DNA of 64,000 nt from an uncultured cyanobacterium (GTDB taxonomy: Bacteria; Cyanobacteriota; Cyanobacteriia; PCC-9006; JAAUQQ01), in the NCBI GenBank assembly GCA_963718615.1, contig OY970368.1, forward strand, positions 448,977-512,976. The letters run 5' to 3'. A program made the position numbers and the translations under genes. The first letter of the stretch is position 1. Each line of letters begins with the position of its first letter. Below, piece after piece: positions 46,178 to 56,685 of the stretch. The notes beneath the pieces are model-generated. The model ran no database searches and had not been told where the DNA came from. It saw only the letters and a program-made list of their open reading frames with translations.

Positions 46178-47953
46178 ATGACACCTCAACCGTCCAAGGA
46201 TTACGCCAACGCCTTGCAGCGTCAGCGCCTGTTTAAATCACTCGGCTGCATCGGGAGCTTAGGTCTCTTAAGTAGTGGCTTAATGAGTGGGATGGCCTTG
46301 TCTGAAGAAGCGCGCGATGCCGCTCAGACAAATTCCAAGGACGTTGCCTCGGTGGTCGTTCCGCAACTGCTGGCCCAGTTAGAGTCTGATCCCAGTATTG
46401 AATCTGCCCCTGAGCCTCCAGCATTTTCCAGCGAGGCGGTCGATCTCGCACCGCCCCCCGCCCCGGTGGAAGCGGCTCCAGCGGAGCCTGTCCCGGTGGA
46501 AGCCCCCATTCCTGCGCCCGAAATCGAGCCCCCCGTCGTTAATCTTGCCCCCGAGGATTTGGCTCCACCCAGCTCAGAAAGCTATGAGGAGCAGATCATT
46601 TCTCCGATTAATGATGCTGCGGCGATCCAGGGCAGCAACACGATGATTGACTCAACGGATCTCTATTCAACGGGCGCAACCCAGCGGGGTACGGTTCAGC
46701 AGGTCCAGCCCCAGGTCGTCGTGACCGATCGCAGCAACGGCTGCCAGCAGACCCTCCAAGCCAATGGACTAGCGGGGAATTGTGGCTCAACGGCGATCGC
46801 CCCCACAGCCAAGGGCAACAACGCAGCCCAATCCAGCGGCAATCCAGGCGCTAACCTCGCGAATTCCAGCCCCACAGGCGCAAGAGGCAACATTGCTGCG
46901 GATGCACCGAACGTGCAATTTACCGGCGCACATCCCGCACCCAATGCCCCTGCGACCACCCAAGTGGCGGGCGACGCTTCTTATCAAGGCGGCTACAGCG
47001 TCACCTTCCCTGGCAAAATGCAAAATCCGCTACAAATGGCGGTTCAAAGCCTCGGCCAAACCCTGTCTCAATCTGTCGATGTGGCGAGTTACTATGCTCG
47101 GACGGTTCGGCCTTTGGGCCTGCGGGGGAATGGCGATCGCCAACTCCTATTCCCCCTTTCGGTACCCGCACCGATTTCTTCAGTCTTTGGCTGGCGACTG
47201 CACCCCATTGCCAATAGCTGGCGTTTCCATAGCGGGACTGACCTCGCAGCGGATCAGGGCACGCCGGTGGTGGCGGCGCTCTCGGGCCAAGTCAGCACCG
47301 CAGATTTTGTCGGGGGTTATGGATTGACAGTGGTCATTGACCATGTTGGCGGCCAAAGTGAAACCCTGTATGGTCACCTTTCAGAAATCTTTGTGCGTCC
47401 TGGCCAGGTGGTTCGCCAAGGGGAAGTGATTGGTCGCGTTGGCAGCACCGGCAACTCTACGGGTCCCCATTTGCACTTTGAGGTTCGCCAGTTCGATCCG
47501 AACAGTGGTTGGGTGGCGGTTGACCCCGGTCGCTATTTGGAAGGTGCAGTGGCGCAACTGATGAATGTCTTGCGTAACGAGCCGGTTCAGACGGCGCAGC
47601 TGAGCCCAATTCCCCTGGCCCAAAGCATTCCCATCCAGCTGAAGCAGGGTCAGCCTAATCTCTCGACAGGACTGATGCCGCTGCTCCAGCAGACCGCTGT
47701 ACAAAAACCCGTACAGCCCACAACGCCGCTGGAACGGGCAGTGGTTCAAGTGGTGAAGTCCCTGGAAACCCAGCCGAATCTGTCCCCTACTCCTATTCAG
47801 CCCCCAACAGCGACGCGCCCCGGTACACCCGTTTCTTCTGCGCAGCCGCGCATTGCTCCGCAGCCGATAGCGACGCTGCCTCAGGTCCCGGTCGTCAGCC
47901 AAGCAGCCTTAGCGGATACCCCGACATTACAAGCTCCACAGCCCATTCGCTAA
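46178..47953 (+). CDS. M23-family metallopeptidase with a long Pro/Ala-rich N-terminal region
   Basis: FGWRLHPIANSWRFHSGTDLAADQGTPVVAALSGQV..YGHLSEIFV..GSTGNSTGPHLHFEV. Confidence 0.85.
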   Translation: MTPQPSKDYANALQRQRLFKSLGCIGSLGLLSSGLMSGMALSEEARDAAQTNSKDVASVVVPQLLAQLESDPSIESAPEPPAFSSEAVDLAPPPAPVEAAPAEPVPVEAPIPAPEIEPPVVNLAPEDLAPPSSESYEEQIISPINDAAAIQGSNTMIDSTDLYSTGATQRGTVQQVQPQVVVTDRSNGCQQTLQANGLAGNCGSTAIAPTAKGNNAAQSSGNPGANLANSSPTGARGNIAADAPNVQFTGAHPAPNAPATTQVAGDASYQGGYSVTFPGKMQNPLQMAVQSLGQTLSQSVDVASYYARTVRPLGLRGNGDRQLLFPLSVPAPISSVFGWRLHPIANSWRFHSGTDLAADQGTPVVAALSGQVSTADFVGGYGLTVVIDHVGGQSETLYGHLSEIFVRPGQVVRQGEVIGRVGSTGNSTGPHLHFEVRQFDPNSGWVAVDPGRYLEGAVAQLMNVLRNEPVQTAQLSPIPLAQSIPIQLKQGQPNLSTGLMPLLQQTAVQKPVQPTTPLERAVVQVVKSLETQPNLSPTPIQPPTATRPGTPVSSAQPRIAPQPIATLPQVPVVSQAALADTPTLQAPQPIR

Positions 47954-47975
47954 CGAGCTGCGGAGGAGTGGCTTT

Positions 47976-48563
47976 CTAATAGGGGCAGGTGTTAGCACCA
48001 TTGCCACTTTCCTCTCGCATGGCCCCTAAGATCGTTTCAATGACGACACAGCGACGGCTATTCGGTTGATCGGGGAGTTGAACCGAGACGTAGAGGGGCA
48101 CTTGAATATTGTTGCCTAGGGTATCGAGGGCGATGCTTCCATCAAAGTTAAACACGATGCGTTCAAGGTCGGTGCCTGCACTATCTGAGGCGCTGAGGGT
48201 GAGCTCTGTTCCGTCTTCATTTCCTAACTTTTGTTCGCTAATATAACCAATTTTGGCTGCATCAACTGCGCCCGTTCCATTGGGCCTTGCTCCTTTGGCG
48301 GAAAAGCGTTTGATGGATTGTGCGTTGGCGTCAATTTCAATGCCGTAGGAGGTTCGTTTGGCGATCGCCGAAGACTGAGCCTCTCTCAAATATTGCAATA
48401 GCTCTGTACGGGCTTCTCCCACCCGTTGACGATTCATAAAGGCTAACCAGCTTGGGGCGGCGATCGCCGCCAAAACCCCAGCAATCACAACAACAACCAG
48501 CACTTCTGTGAGCGTAAATCCCTGTTCTGGATGAAGGGGCTGGGTTGGGAATAATTTTTTCAT
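47976..48563 (-). CDS. Type IV pilin-like pseudopilin (GspH/FimT-like; HpsD-like)
   Basis: Prepilin signature MKKLFPTQPLHPEQG/FTLTEVLVVVVIAGVLAAIAAP. It is the last gene of the hpsA-like operon. Confidence 0.7.
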   Translation of the reverse strand: MKKLFPTQPLHPEQGFTLTEVLVVVVIAGVLAAIAAPSWLAFMNRQRVGEARTELLQYLREAQSSAIAKRTSYGIEIDANAQSIKRFSAKGARPNGTGAVDAAKIGYISEQKLGNEDGTELTLSASDSAGTDLERIVFNFDGSIALDTLGNNIQVPLYVSVQLPDQPNSRRCVVIETILGAMREESGNGANTCPY

Positions 48564-48648
48564 GAATGAGGCGCTCCTGAAGTTGTGGCAGGGTTCACGT
48601 GAATTAAGGGAAAAATTCTCGTAATGGTTTTGAATATGTATGGTTGTT

Positions 48649-49791
48649 TTATCGAGTTCTATCAATCACCCCTCGCATACTAATTTGGGTTTCCATGGTC
48701 GGCAAGAAGCTATCACTTTGTACGCCACCCCGTCCTTTAGCATTACCGCGTAAATATACAATCACATCTTGAACTTCGCCAGTTCTAGGATTACCAATTC
48801 GCTCACGAGGAGGGGTAGCCGTATCATTGGGATCAATTTCTCTTGTGTTGCGAATACAGACAAAAAAGCTAGGATTGGGATTAGTTCCTTTGACAGGGGT
48901 CATTAAATAGTCATTATCTTGAGGGCGGCTATTATCTTTGTAGCCCGGACAATCAGACCGTTCAGCAAAGCCGTTGGTTTTTCTTTCCTGGGTCGATGTA
49001 TCAACAAAATCAACTAACGTTGAGGGAATGCCTGCATCAGCAGGTGGAAAACTGCCGTTGATGTTAGGACACTTATTTGAATCTTGGCAGTTATCTTTAT
49101 TGGTTCCAGAAACCTGTATGGGCCAAGACACAAAATCTCCCAGTTCCGCCGGATCCACATAGCCCGCATTTCTCGTTAGGGTATTGATATTGCTGTATTT
49201 TTCGAGCTCATAGCGAACGATCCGAGAGTTCCCCTTCCAGATACCGTTCGGATTGGTCGCGTTATTATTAGGGACTTCAAAATAAGCAACGAAACTATAG
49301 GCTCGGCGCTGGAGCCGTAGATTGTCGCATTCTTTTTTCTTGGGATCTGTAGCACCAAAACCCGCACAAACGGCTGCGCTGGGTGGGTCTAAGGGTTTGG
49401 GTTTCCAAAAGGCTAACGCCGGTCTGTAGGTGCCGTTATCAATACCGGTTTTAAGATTCGTGGGTAAGAAGTTTTTGTAGCTGGGCTGCGATGTTGGGTC
49501 TTCAGGATGGGCAGAGTCATCGTAGATATAAACTGCTTGCCGAACATCACTCGCGATGTAGTCTAATGAAAGTTGCATTTCTCGCTGCGTTTCAGTTCTG
49601 CTAGATTCGCGTTGTTCTGTACCGACTAATTCAACCACTAAGCTCAACAAAGCAGAAACAATAATACTGCCAATAATCACAACCACGAGTAGCTCGGTAA
49701 GCGTGAAGCCATGGGGCGAATTGGGAGAGAGGGGCGATCGCCCTCGCCGATAGTCCGATAAGTTTAAAAACAGTTTATTCAGCTTACCCAT
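48649..49791 (-). CDS. Pseudopilin (HpsC-like)
   Basis: MGKLNKLF..SPNSPHG/FTLTELLVVVIIGSIIVSALL is an N-terminal methylation-type motif. The start is chosen at ATG 49791. Confidence 0.65.
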   Translation of the reverse strand: MGKLNKLFLNLSDYRRGRSPLSPNSPHGFTLTELLVVVIIGSIIVSALLSLVVELVGTEQRESSRTETQREMQLSLDYIASDVRQAVYIYDDSAHPEDPTSQPSYKNFLPTNLKTGIDNGTYRPALAFWKPKPLDPPSAAVCAGFGATDPKKKECDNLRLQRRAYSFVAYFEVPNNNATNPNGIWKGNSRIVRYELEKYSNINTLTRNAGYVDPAELGDFVSWPIQVSGTNKDNCQDSNKCPNINGSFPPADAGIPSTLVDFVDTSTQERKTNGFAERSDCPGYKDNSRPQDNDYLMTPVKGTNPNPSFFVCIRNTREIDPNDTATPPRERIGNPRTGEVQDVIVYLRGNAKGRGGVQSDSFLPTMETQISMRGVIDRTR

Positions 49792-49856
49792 GGTTCTTTC
49801 CATCCTTGATAACCGGCCCAACAGAAGCAACTAACGAATTTGACAATCGTTTTTCT

Positions 49857-50546
49857 CTAGTTGTACTTTTGGTTGATGTAATTATTCATCTCTGTCAATC
49901 CACCTGTTTGGCTGCCTCGACTCATTTCGGTGTACATCACAACCAAGGGACGAGTCGATCTTTGTTTAGTACCGGATGTAAAACCGACTGAAGCCGGTTC
50001 AGTTTGCAACGCAGCTACAGGATTCTGGCTTGCATCAAATGCCTCGCTGCTATAAACCCGCACGCCCATATTGAAGGCAATGGTTTCTCCCTCTTCAGGC
50101 CAACCTGCATCTCGAAAAGTTTGGACATAGAGACCATTGCTCGCGGCTGATTGATAGACGCTCGTGGCTGAAACACAAGTGGCTTCCCCAGGGGCTTCTC
50201 CCGCACAAAATTGGGTTGGCGCACCCATTTCTTGAAGATTTTTGGGGCTAATGGTGTCAGGAGCCTCTGGGGGTAAGCGTCCTGAGGTTTCAAGGTCAGC
50301 AAAGGTTTCACTTCCCATCATCAATAACCGCACTCGCTCAATCTCCGCCTGAGCCACTTGCAGCGCTTGCTCGGTACGCCGATTATTCACACGGGTCCCC
50401 ACCGCCAGAAAAACCGGCGGTGTGATAACGGTCACCACGACAGTAATAATAATCATGGCAACCAAAGCTTCAAGCAGGGTTAAGCCGCTGTCGTTCTGAG
50501 ACGGTTGAGCCTGGTGTTTGGCTTTGGCCTGGTGCAGCGGCTTCAT
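49857..50546 (-). CDS. Pseudopilin (HpsB-like)
   Basis: ..QPSQNDSG/LTLLEALVAMIIITVVVTVITPPVF is a prepilin-type motif. The start is uncertain (GTG at 50648 is the longest; ATG at 50546 is preferred). Confidence 0.6.
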   Translation of the reverse strand: MKPLHQAKAKHQAQPSQNDSGLTLLEALVAMIIITVVVTVITPPVFLAVGTRVNNRRTEQALQVAQAEIERVRLLMMGSETFADLETSGRLPPEAPDTISPKNLQEMGAPTQFCAGEAPGEATCVSATSVYQSAASNGLYVQTFRDAGWPEEGETIAFNMGVRVYSSEAFDASQNPVAALQTEPASVGFTSGTKQRSTRPLVVMYTEMSRGSQTGGLTEMNNYINQKYN

Positions 50547-50668
50547 GATCCCGAGGACCTGGGCTGCTCTAATCAATTTTCGATGCGCTAAGCCAACTGT
50601 GCTGACCATGGTGCTTGCCTTGTAAACCATCTTGAACGAACGATACACCCTAACCCCATTGTTCCCGT

Positions 50669-53600
50669 TTAGTTACAAGCGGCTGTCGGGTCAATTTTCT
50701 CCTGGCCAAACGATCCGCCATCCGGGACGGCACATCTCAGCAGGCTGATATAGGGATCATCCACCGGCAGTTCCCGATAGAACTCACTGCGAATATTGGA
50801 ACGCCCTGCAAAACGATTCGCAACCGGCGAAGGCTGGACATATTGCAAGGCCACGTCATACCCCCAACGCCGACCGGCTGGCCAGTAGTAGGTTGACCAA
50901 TATTCATTGTTGGCATCAGGATTTTCTGTGGGTTCCCAGGAATCTTGATCGTAGGGTGCTGTGGCTGAAGTATTAAAGTTAAGCTGGAACAATGAACCGG
51001 AAAACCAAAGATTGGTTGCATTAGCGCCGTTTGAGTTGGTCGGTTCCCAGTTCTCAATCAGGCGTGGGAAATTATGTAGACCGCCATTGCTCTGAGCACT
51101 GCGAGAAGGGATAGTGCCACTCACAATCAGGGAGTTAATGAATGTTTCTTGGGCTGTAATGAGCTTGCCGTTACGGTTTAGCTCCGAGACGCCAGCGATT
51201 TGATTTCGAGTCTTTTTGAATGAAATAAAGGCCCGGTTATCACCAACCCCATACTCTTTCTCAAGATATCCAACCGTTGCACAGGGAACGCGAGAGACGG
51301 GGGGATTATTTTGCGGTAGGGGTGCTAGGGGGGTGGCAGGAGCCGTGAGGCAATAGACCGGGAAGCCTCGCTTGGAAATCTTGATCGGGGGAATTGCAAC
51401 GGTTGCGTTATCGGGATAGACAAAGCCATCCTCGCGGACCCAGGCTAATGTTGCTGTGTCCTTAGGAAAGTTAAGGGCATGGAATGAAGTGGTGGCAGCG
51501 GGTTGACGTATTCCTTGGGAGACTGAGCCATCTTTGTCCCCGGTGAAGGCGTTGCTCAAAAACGTCACTGCATCCGCAACGACTTCGCTAGCGCGCCATC
51601 GGTCCCCCTTCACAGAATCCGCAAACTTCTCGTTTAACTGGGTGCGGTCATAGAAGTTCCCCCAGTCTGCATTGAGTTTGTCAGCGGGTAAAAACTCCTC
51701 GATATTCTGCGCTGTGCCGTTGTCACTATGGAGATTGAAGTTGCCTTGGATGTAAACGGCGTTATCGGAAATAAACGAGATACCGCGAGCATCTTCCACG
51801 GGTGCTCCAACACGGGTCAGATCGCTGCCATTTTTGAGGCGGAAACCATGGGGCCGTCGTGCGGGGTCAGCGTAGAAATCAACGGGTTTGGGACTCAGGC
51901 CATTGAGGGGATTGACGGGCGGATCCTGTTCATTGGTCGTACCAAAGGCTGCCGCATTCATTCGATAGTTGGCGTTAGCGGTCCCGCCTAGAATCGCTCT
52001 CCAAGCGGTTTTCCAAGCTGCCTCATCTGGGTTGACTTTTTTGGGTCGGGCAATGCCATCTTCGCGCAGGGCATCTTCACGGAATGCATAGAAGGCTGCA
52101 CCGGTCCGGGTTGGGGAGTCTTGCGGGTCTACGATTTCAGGGAGGGGCATCCAGTAGTCGGTTGCGGTTTTGCCGCGCAGTTCATTAGTGCCGCTGATCT
52201 GTGTCCGGCGCAGAAGATCTAGGTCCAGGTCCAAAACCCGAACGCCCATGTGCTGACGACCATCAAAGATCGCTTTATCGAGCAGTGTGGTGCGATGTTC
52301 TATTCTTGTTCCGACTGAGGTGATTTCAACCACCTTATTGACAGTTTGCGCAGCTGAGCCTGCCCCTGAAGGAAGCTGCCATGCGCCTGAGGATCTAGGA
52401 CTGAGGGCAATGGCACCAATGCCTTGGTTGGCATTATCGACTACTTTATACTCGACACCCGTATTGGTTGTGATGCCATATTCATTGTTGAAATCGGATG
52501 TGCTTGGTGGTGTAGAAAGGGGTTCTGTGAGCTCAAGACCTTCGCTGGTATAGGGCTCTGCCTCAGGCTGGGTAAAATTACAATCTGGACTTCCTGGTGT
52601 GCAACCAACTTTCTCGCCTTTTTGGTCATGGTCATATTTGGGGAAGAGATAGAAGAGAGACGGATATTTAGGTGCGCGGGGGCAGAAGGTAAAAGCTAGG
52701 GCCAGAAAATCTCGCTCTTGGGCGGCAGTTGTAGGCTCACCTAGGCCGAAGTAGTTACTACCCTTATAATCGCATTGCAGCGGGATTGCTTGACCTCTAC
52801 TGAGTCCACTAACACCTAAAATTGCAAGCTGGCTAGCGCCCGAAGCACTTCGGCCTCGGCCATAGGTGTTACCATCAGTCCCCGTGGCTGTGTCATTAAT
52901 ATATTTAATCGGATAGGTTTGGGTGGCAAAACCCATGAGGCGATCGCGATTCACCTGCTCTTTCGCCACCATCCGTTTGAGCAAATTGCGCTCGTCCTCT
53001 GTAATTTCAGGCGGCAGAGCATCAATCAAAACGTCAGGGGGAACAGAGCGAGCGGGAGCGGTCGTGTCGTAGGCTTTCAGGGAACTCGTGGCGCCCCGAT
53101 AAATCTCTTCTCCTTGAGCATCCGAAACAACCAAATAGTTGGAATCTGTTGTGCTATCTAAAGGAATTTTCCCATTATTGCTGGCGGTTTTGGTAATTTC
53201 GTAGAGTGCGCCGTTGTTAATGAGTTTGCTATCGCGCAATGCCTGCCAAGCCGGATCATTGTAATCATCAAACCCTTCTTCAACATTCTGCACGTTATAG
53301 GCCAACATCCCCAACGTACAGCTTGCGGTTTGCAGCGTGGTCCGATCCGCTAAACTTAAGTCCTCATAACTCTGTCCATTCTCTAGGAAACCAATGGCCC
53401 GCCGCAGATTGGAAAAATCTCCCCACATCGTATGAATGGGATAGGGATGGGTCGCTGCATTGGCTGCTCCACTCACATCTTGGACCGGTGGAAACGCACC
53501 CTTTGGATCGCCCGAGAAATAGGCAAGATTGCGTAAACCAGTCCTTAAAGCACTACTAGAACTAGAAATATCCGACTCAAACGTGGTCTTGGCCATTGGG

Positions 53601-55711
53601 GCAAATTCCCAACCATTCGTTCCTTGACCATTCAAGAAATCGACCTTGAGCTTATTTGGATCATTCTCTAGATAGTTGAAGGTCGTACTATTTTCAATCG
53701 TTTTAGGCGTACCAGGATGGGCCGTCGTTGCAACACAGGCAACCGGATATTCTCCACCATCCTTCAGGTAATGATAAACCGCCGTACTTTGAACCGCTGC
53801 CAAATTATCCCGTAGGGTTTTCCACTGCATCAGCTCATTCTGACGGGTGGCCATAGTACTGCCGACTCCCGGATTGGCTGGTGGAGGATAAAGCGGATCA
53901 AAGTCGACCCGACCATTACCGTTGTAATCAATATCAGGCACGCCATCCTGATTCGTATCTACTTCTGTTATCCAACCATTCACATTACCCAGCTCCAGGC
54001 GCTGCCCCACAATAAAGCGTACACCTTGGGCCTTGGCCCGCCGTTCCCAATAGCCATCTAAACCATAGCTTTCTTCATCAGTTTTGTTGTCAACCGGTGG
54101 CGTATCTCGGGTTAAACGTAGGAGTTTTTTCTCTTTATCTTCTGCATCTGTACCATCGACTGTAGCCAGTGTAATCGAATTCAGATCGGGGTCAGAAATA
54201 TCGTTGTCTGGCGTTTTAAGAATAGGGTCTTCACTATAGAGTGGCTTAGGTCCCCAACGATTGTCTGCTCGATAGGTATCATCAACAAATGGAATCGCTT
54301 GATATTCATTAAAAGGACGCTGAAAACCCACCCAAGCCTTATCTTTCCAAGCGCCATCTCGGTACACCGCCGGGTTCTCATCTTTCCGGGTGCGGCTAAT
54401 GCCTTCCGTCAGCAAGAGGACCGGATCTAGGGCGATATCCACAGGCGAATTTGTCGTATCCAGAATCGAGTCGTTAGTATTCTCAATCAAATCGGACTTC
54501 GTTCCAGGTGCATATCCTTCATGGCGATAAATGGTTACCTCACCCCCAAACTTCTTAGCGTTATTGCCCGCATCCCGAAGACTACCAATCACAAACTGTC
54601 CCTGAAACTCCTTCTCTCCATTCACCCCTACACCACTTGCTTTCTTTGTTTTATCAATGACAGCCTGAGTAATATCAGACGTGACAATGACGGAGTTTTC
54701 TTTGGTGTATACACAAGAACCAGGGGATGAAACCGGGTATAACTCCAAAAGACTCTTACCGCTGATCTTGCCACTACCAATGAAGTAGCTTCCAGCAGTA
54801 TTCATCGCTCCATTCCAGCGAAATGGAGTACCCGGAGCAATTTCCATATCGTTCCGGAACCAAGCCCCCCACTTATTCCCTAAGTTGGCTTGCTTATCCT
54901 GTTGCATCTCTAAAGTTGCAGCAGTTTTATTTGGATTGTCAGGACCTGGAATGGCAATGGCATAAACCTGAATTGCCTTCCGCAAATTGGCCCCTGTAAC
55001 CTTTTGCCAGCCTTGGTAGGGGGATCGATCAATCTTGTCACAGGCAGGGTTACCTGCACCGTCTGACAAGTTAATCGGTCCTGTCCGCACCACTAAACTG
55101 TTAGCTTTGTCTTGATCATCATTTTCAATTTTGATCGTTTGCGCACCGTCAATGCGACTTGCGCGGGAGACGATTGAATATACAACTTTTACATCGTCAC
55201 TGGTGTCGTTTTCTTTGCCTTGAGAATCAAAGTTAAAAACCCAGGCATTGTCGAGTCCTGAAGTGGTTTCCGAACCATCTGTCAATGTAGCGATATTGAG
55301 GCGCGTTTCGTCAGGAAGCGTATAGCGAGCATTGCTTTTGATTGTGCTTTCAATATCTCCTTCCGAAGGCAAAACCGGAATGCTTTCTTCTGTAAAAAGA
55401 TATTCAAGCTTCGCCTTGGCCCGTTCAATGGCAGGCGTCGCCGCATTATAAACCTGACGCTGCTGACGCTGGCCAATCACCTGGTTCGTACGGTTGCCAG
55501 TGCGGAAAATGAGAATCCCCAGGATCAAGCTCAACATGAGCAACAGCAACGTCACCGTGGGTAGGATAAAACCAGCCTGCGTACCTGGTGAGTGACTAAT
55601 CAAACTACTACGCCAGAGCCAAAACCGATCCTTCGGCGTCAGGGTCTGGTCAAGCCGGAGGGCAGACTTCAACAGGTTTTCGAGAGACTGGATGAACCGT
55701 TGTTTTGCCAT
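50669..55711 (-). CDS. Very large (1680 aa) secreted or surface protein with a pilin-like N-terminal helix; HpsA-like (hormogonium polysaccharide secretion locus)
   Basis: The N-terminus ..GTQAGFILPTVTLLLLMLSLILGILIF is followed by a long Asn/Asp/Thr/Gly-rich region. Its size and its position upstream of three pseudopilin genes match the hpsA-D arrangement described in Nostoc punctiforme. This is recalled from the literature and was not searched. Confidence 0.6.
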   Translation of the reverse strand: MAKQRFIQSLENLLKSALRLDQTLTPKDRFWLWRSSLISHSPGTQAGFILPTVTLLLLMLSLILGILIFRTGNRTNQVIGQRQQRQVYNAATPAIERAKAKLEYLFTEESIPVLPSEGDIESTIKSNARYTLPDETRLNIATLTDGSETTSGLDNAWVFNFDSQGKENDTSDDVKVVYSIVSRASRIDGAQTIKIENDDQDKANSLVVRTGPINLSDGAGNPACDKIDRSPYQGWQKVTGANLRKAIQVYAIAIPGPDNPNKTAATLEMQQDKQANLGNKWGAWFRNDMEIAPGTPFRWNGAMNTAGSYFIGSGKISGKSLLELYPVSSPGSCVYTKENSVIVTSDITQAVIDKTKKASGVGVNGEKEFQGQFVIGSLRDAGNNAKKFGGEVTIYRHEGYAPGTKSDLIENTNDSILDTTNSPVDIALDPVLLLTEGISRTRKDENPAVYRDGAWKDKAWVGFQRPFNEYQAIPFVDDTYRADNRWGPKPLYSEDPILKTPDNDISDPDLNSITLATVDGTDAEDKEKKLLRLTRDTPPVDNKTDEESYGLDGYWERRAKAQGVRFIVGQRLELGNVNGWITEVDTNQDGVPDIDYNGNGRVDFDPLYPPPANPGVGSTMATRQNELMQWKTLRDNLAAVQSTAVYHYLKDGGEYPVACVATTAHPGTPKTIENSTTFNYLENDPNKLKVDFLNGQGTNGWEFAPMAKTTFESDISSSSSALRTGLRNLAYFSGDPKGAFPPVQDVSGAANAATHPYPIHTMWGDFSNLRRAIGFLENGQSYEDLSLADRTTLQTASCTLGMLAYNVQNVEEGFDDYNDPAWQALRDSKLINNGALYEITKTASNNGKIPLDSTTDSNYLVVSDAQGEEIYRGATSSLKAYDTTAPARSVPPDVLIDALPPEITEDERNLLKRMVAKEQVNRDRLMGFATQTYPIKYINDTATGTDGNTYGRGRSASGASQLAILGVSGLSRGQAIPLQCDYKGSNYFGLGEPTTAAQERDFLALAFTFCPRAPKYPSLFYLFPKYDHDQKGEKVGCTPGSPDCNFTQPEAEPYTSEGLELTEPLSTPPSTSDFNNEYGITTNTGVEYKVVDNANQGIGAIALSPRSSGAWQLPSGAGSAAQTVNKVVEITSVGTRIEHRTTLLDKAIFDGRQHMGVRVLDLDLDLLRRTQISGTNELRGKTATDYWMPLPEIVDPQDSPTRTGAAFYAFREDALREDGIARPKKVNPDEAAWKTAWRAILGGTANANYRMNAAAFGTTNEQDPPVNPLNGLSPKPVDFYADPARRPHGFRLKNGSDLTRVGAPVEDARGISFISDNAVYIQGNFNLHSDNGTAQNIEEFLPADKLNADWGNFYDRTQLNEKFADSVKGDRWRASEVVADAVTFLSNAFTGDKDGSVSQGIRQPAATTSFHALNFPKDTATLAWVREDGFVYPDNATVAIPPIKISKRGFPVYCLTAPATPLAPLPQNNPPVSRVPCATVGYLEKEYGVGDNRAFISFKKTRNQIAGVSELNRNGKLITAQETFINSLIVSGTIPSRSAQSNGGLHNFPRLIENWEPTNSNGANATNLWFSGSLFQLNFNTSATAPYDQDSWEPTENPDANNEYWSTYYWPAGRRWGYDVALQYVQPSPVANRFAGRSNIRSEFYRELPVDDPYISLLRCAVPDGGSFGQEKIDPTAACN

Positions 55712-56085
55712 GGGATCGTGACCTCACCACAGATGGGACCGTTTCGTTGAGAAAATGTGTAGAGTTCTGAAGTGGTTCAATTAAGAACACCCACCGGAAC
55801 AAACGATCCGCTGGCGATTTGCACCCCACTCCGACTCCTAGCGGTAGCATTGACCAGAAAGTAAATGACTTTGGGTTCCGCCGCACCCGCATAGTATGCA
55901 AAGATCCTACCCACTTTTCAAGTCAGAGAGATCATCGCTCTTCAGAGAAAATACGGCTTTACGGAAACCTCAAATTACCGTTCGGAATTCTACCTTCTCT
56001 GTACTGTAGCGAATCAAATTTGAATTGGGGGTCCTCGAAACCGAAATTCAGAGCGCCTCAATCGCTAGATATCGCTCGATGGGGT

Positions 56086-56685
56086 CTATACTCCGACCAA
56101 AATAGCCCCGATCGCCAGCAACAATCCCGCAAAAAGAACAGCACTCAGCAGAATTTGCCAAGGGGGCCTATACAGAATCTTCAAGCTGGTTTGCTCTGGG
56201 TTTTCTAGGAAAGCTTTGATCGTTTCTCGGGTCTGTCTTGCCCTCGTCTGGCTGACGCTGTAGGTTGCAAAGGGGATTTCTTCATCGTAGGTATAGAGAA
56301 ACGTACGGTAGACAAAGCCAGGGCGGAAGTCCTGTAGGTTTAGCTCTACGCCAGCTAGCTGATGGATTGCACGCGATCGCCAAGGAATCCCAATCAAACT
56401 CGCCCCCCGCAACCGACAATCCGGAAAAGTCCCAGCCCCACCACGATGACAGCTCAAACTCACCCAGAGCGGCAAGATTAAAATCAAGCTCCCCAGCAAA
56501 AGAACTCCCGTGGCTAGCAACAGGCTGCCAGCCGCCTGCCGGATGGTTTGAGGCGATCGCTTCATGTTTCCCGCTTTGCCATTGCGTCCGACCTGTTCTC
56601 TCTTGGCCCGCTCTCTCTGGGTCCGTTCTCTCTTGACCCGTTCTCTCTTGGCCCGTTCTAGGTTAACCCATTTGTTTTTGTCCAT
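56086..56685 (-). CDS. Hypothetical membrane protein with an N-terminal (K/R)ER repeat
   Basis: 199-aa ORF. Two TM segments (AAGSLLLATGVLLLGSLILILPLWV and ILLSAVLFAGLLLAIGAILVGV). The N-terminus LERAKRERVKRERTQRERAKREQ is encoded by 15-bp tandem repeats. An alternative start is at MKRSPQ (56568). Confidence 0.45.
   Translation of the reverse strand: MDKNKWVNLERAKRERVKRERTQRERAKREQVGRNGKAGNMKRSPQTIRQAAGSLLLATGVLLLGSLILILPLWVSLSCHRGGAGTFPDCRLRGASLIGIPWRSRAIHQLAGVELNLQDFRPGFVYRTFLYTYDEEIPFATYSVSQTRARQTRETIKAFLENPEQTSLKILYRPPWQILLSAVLFAGLLLAIGAILVGV

Noticed and set aside
48530-48670. Apparent 1-nt frame inconsistency when I hand-translated the hpsD-like 5' region and the hpsC-like stop against the printed coordinates
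   Set aside because: The ORF track, computed from the sequence, shows both ORFs as continuous, and my coordinates agree with the track again at 47976 and 49791. I attribute the offset to my own character counting, not to a real frameshift.
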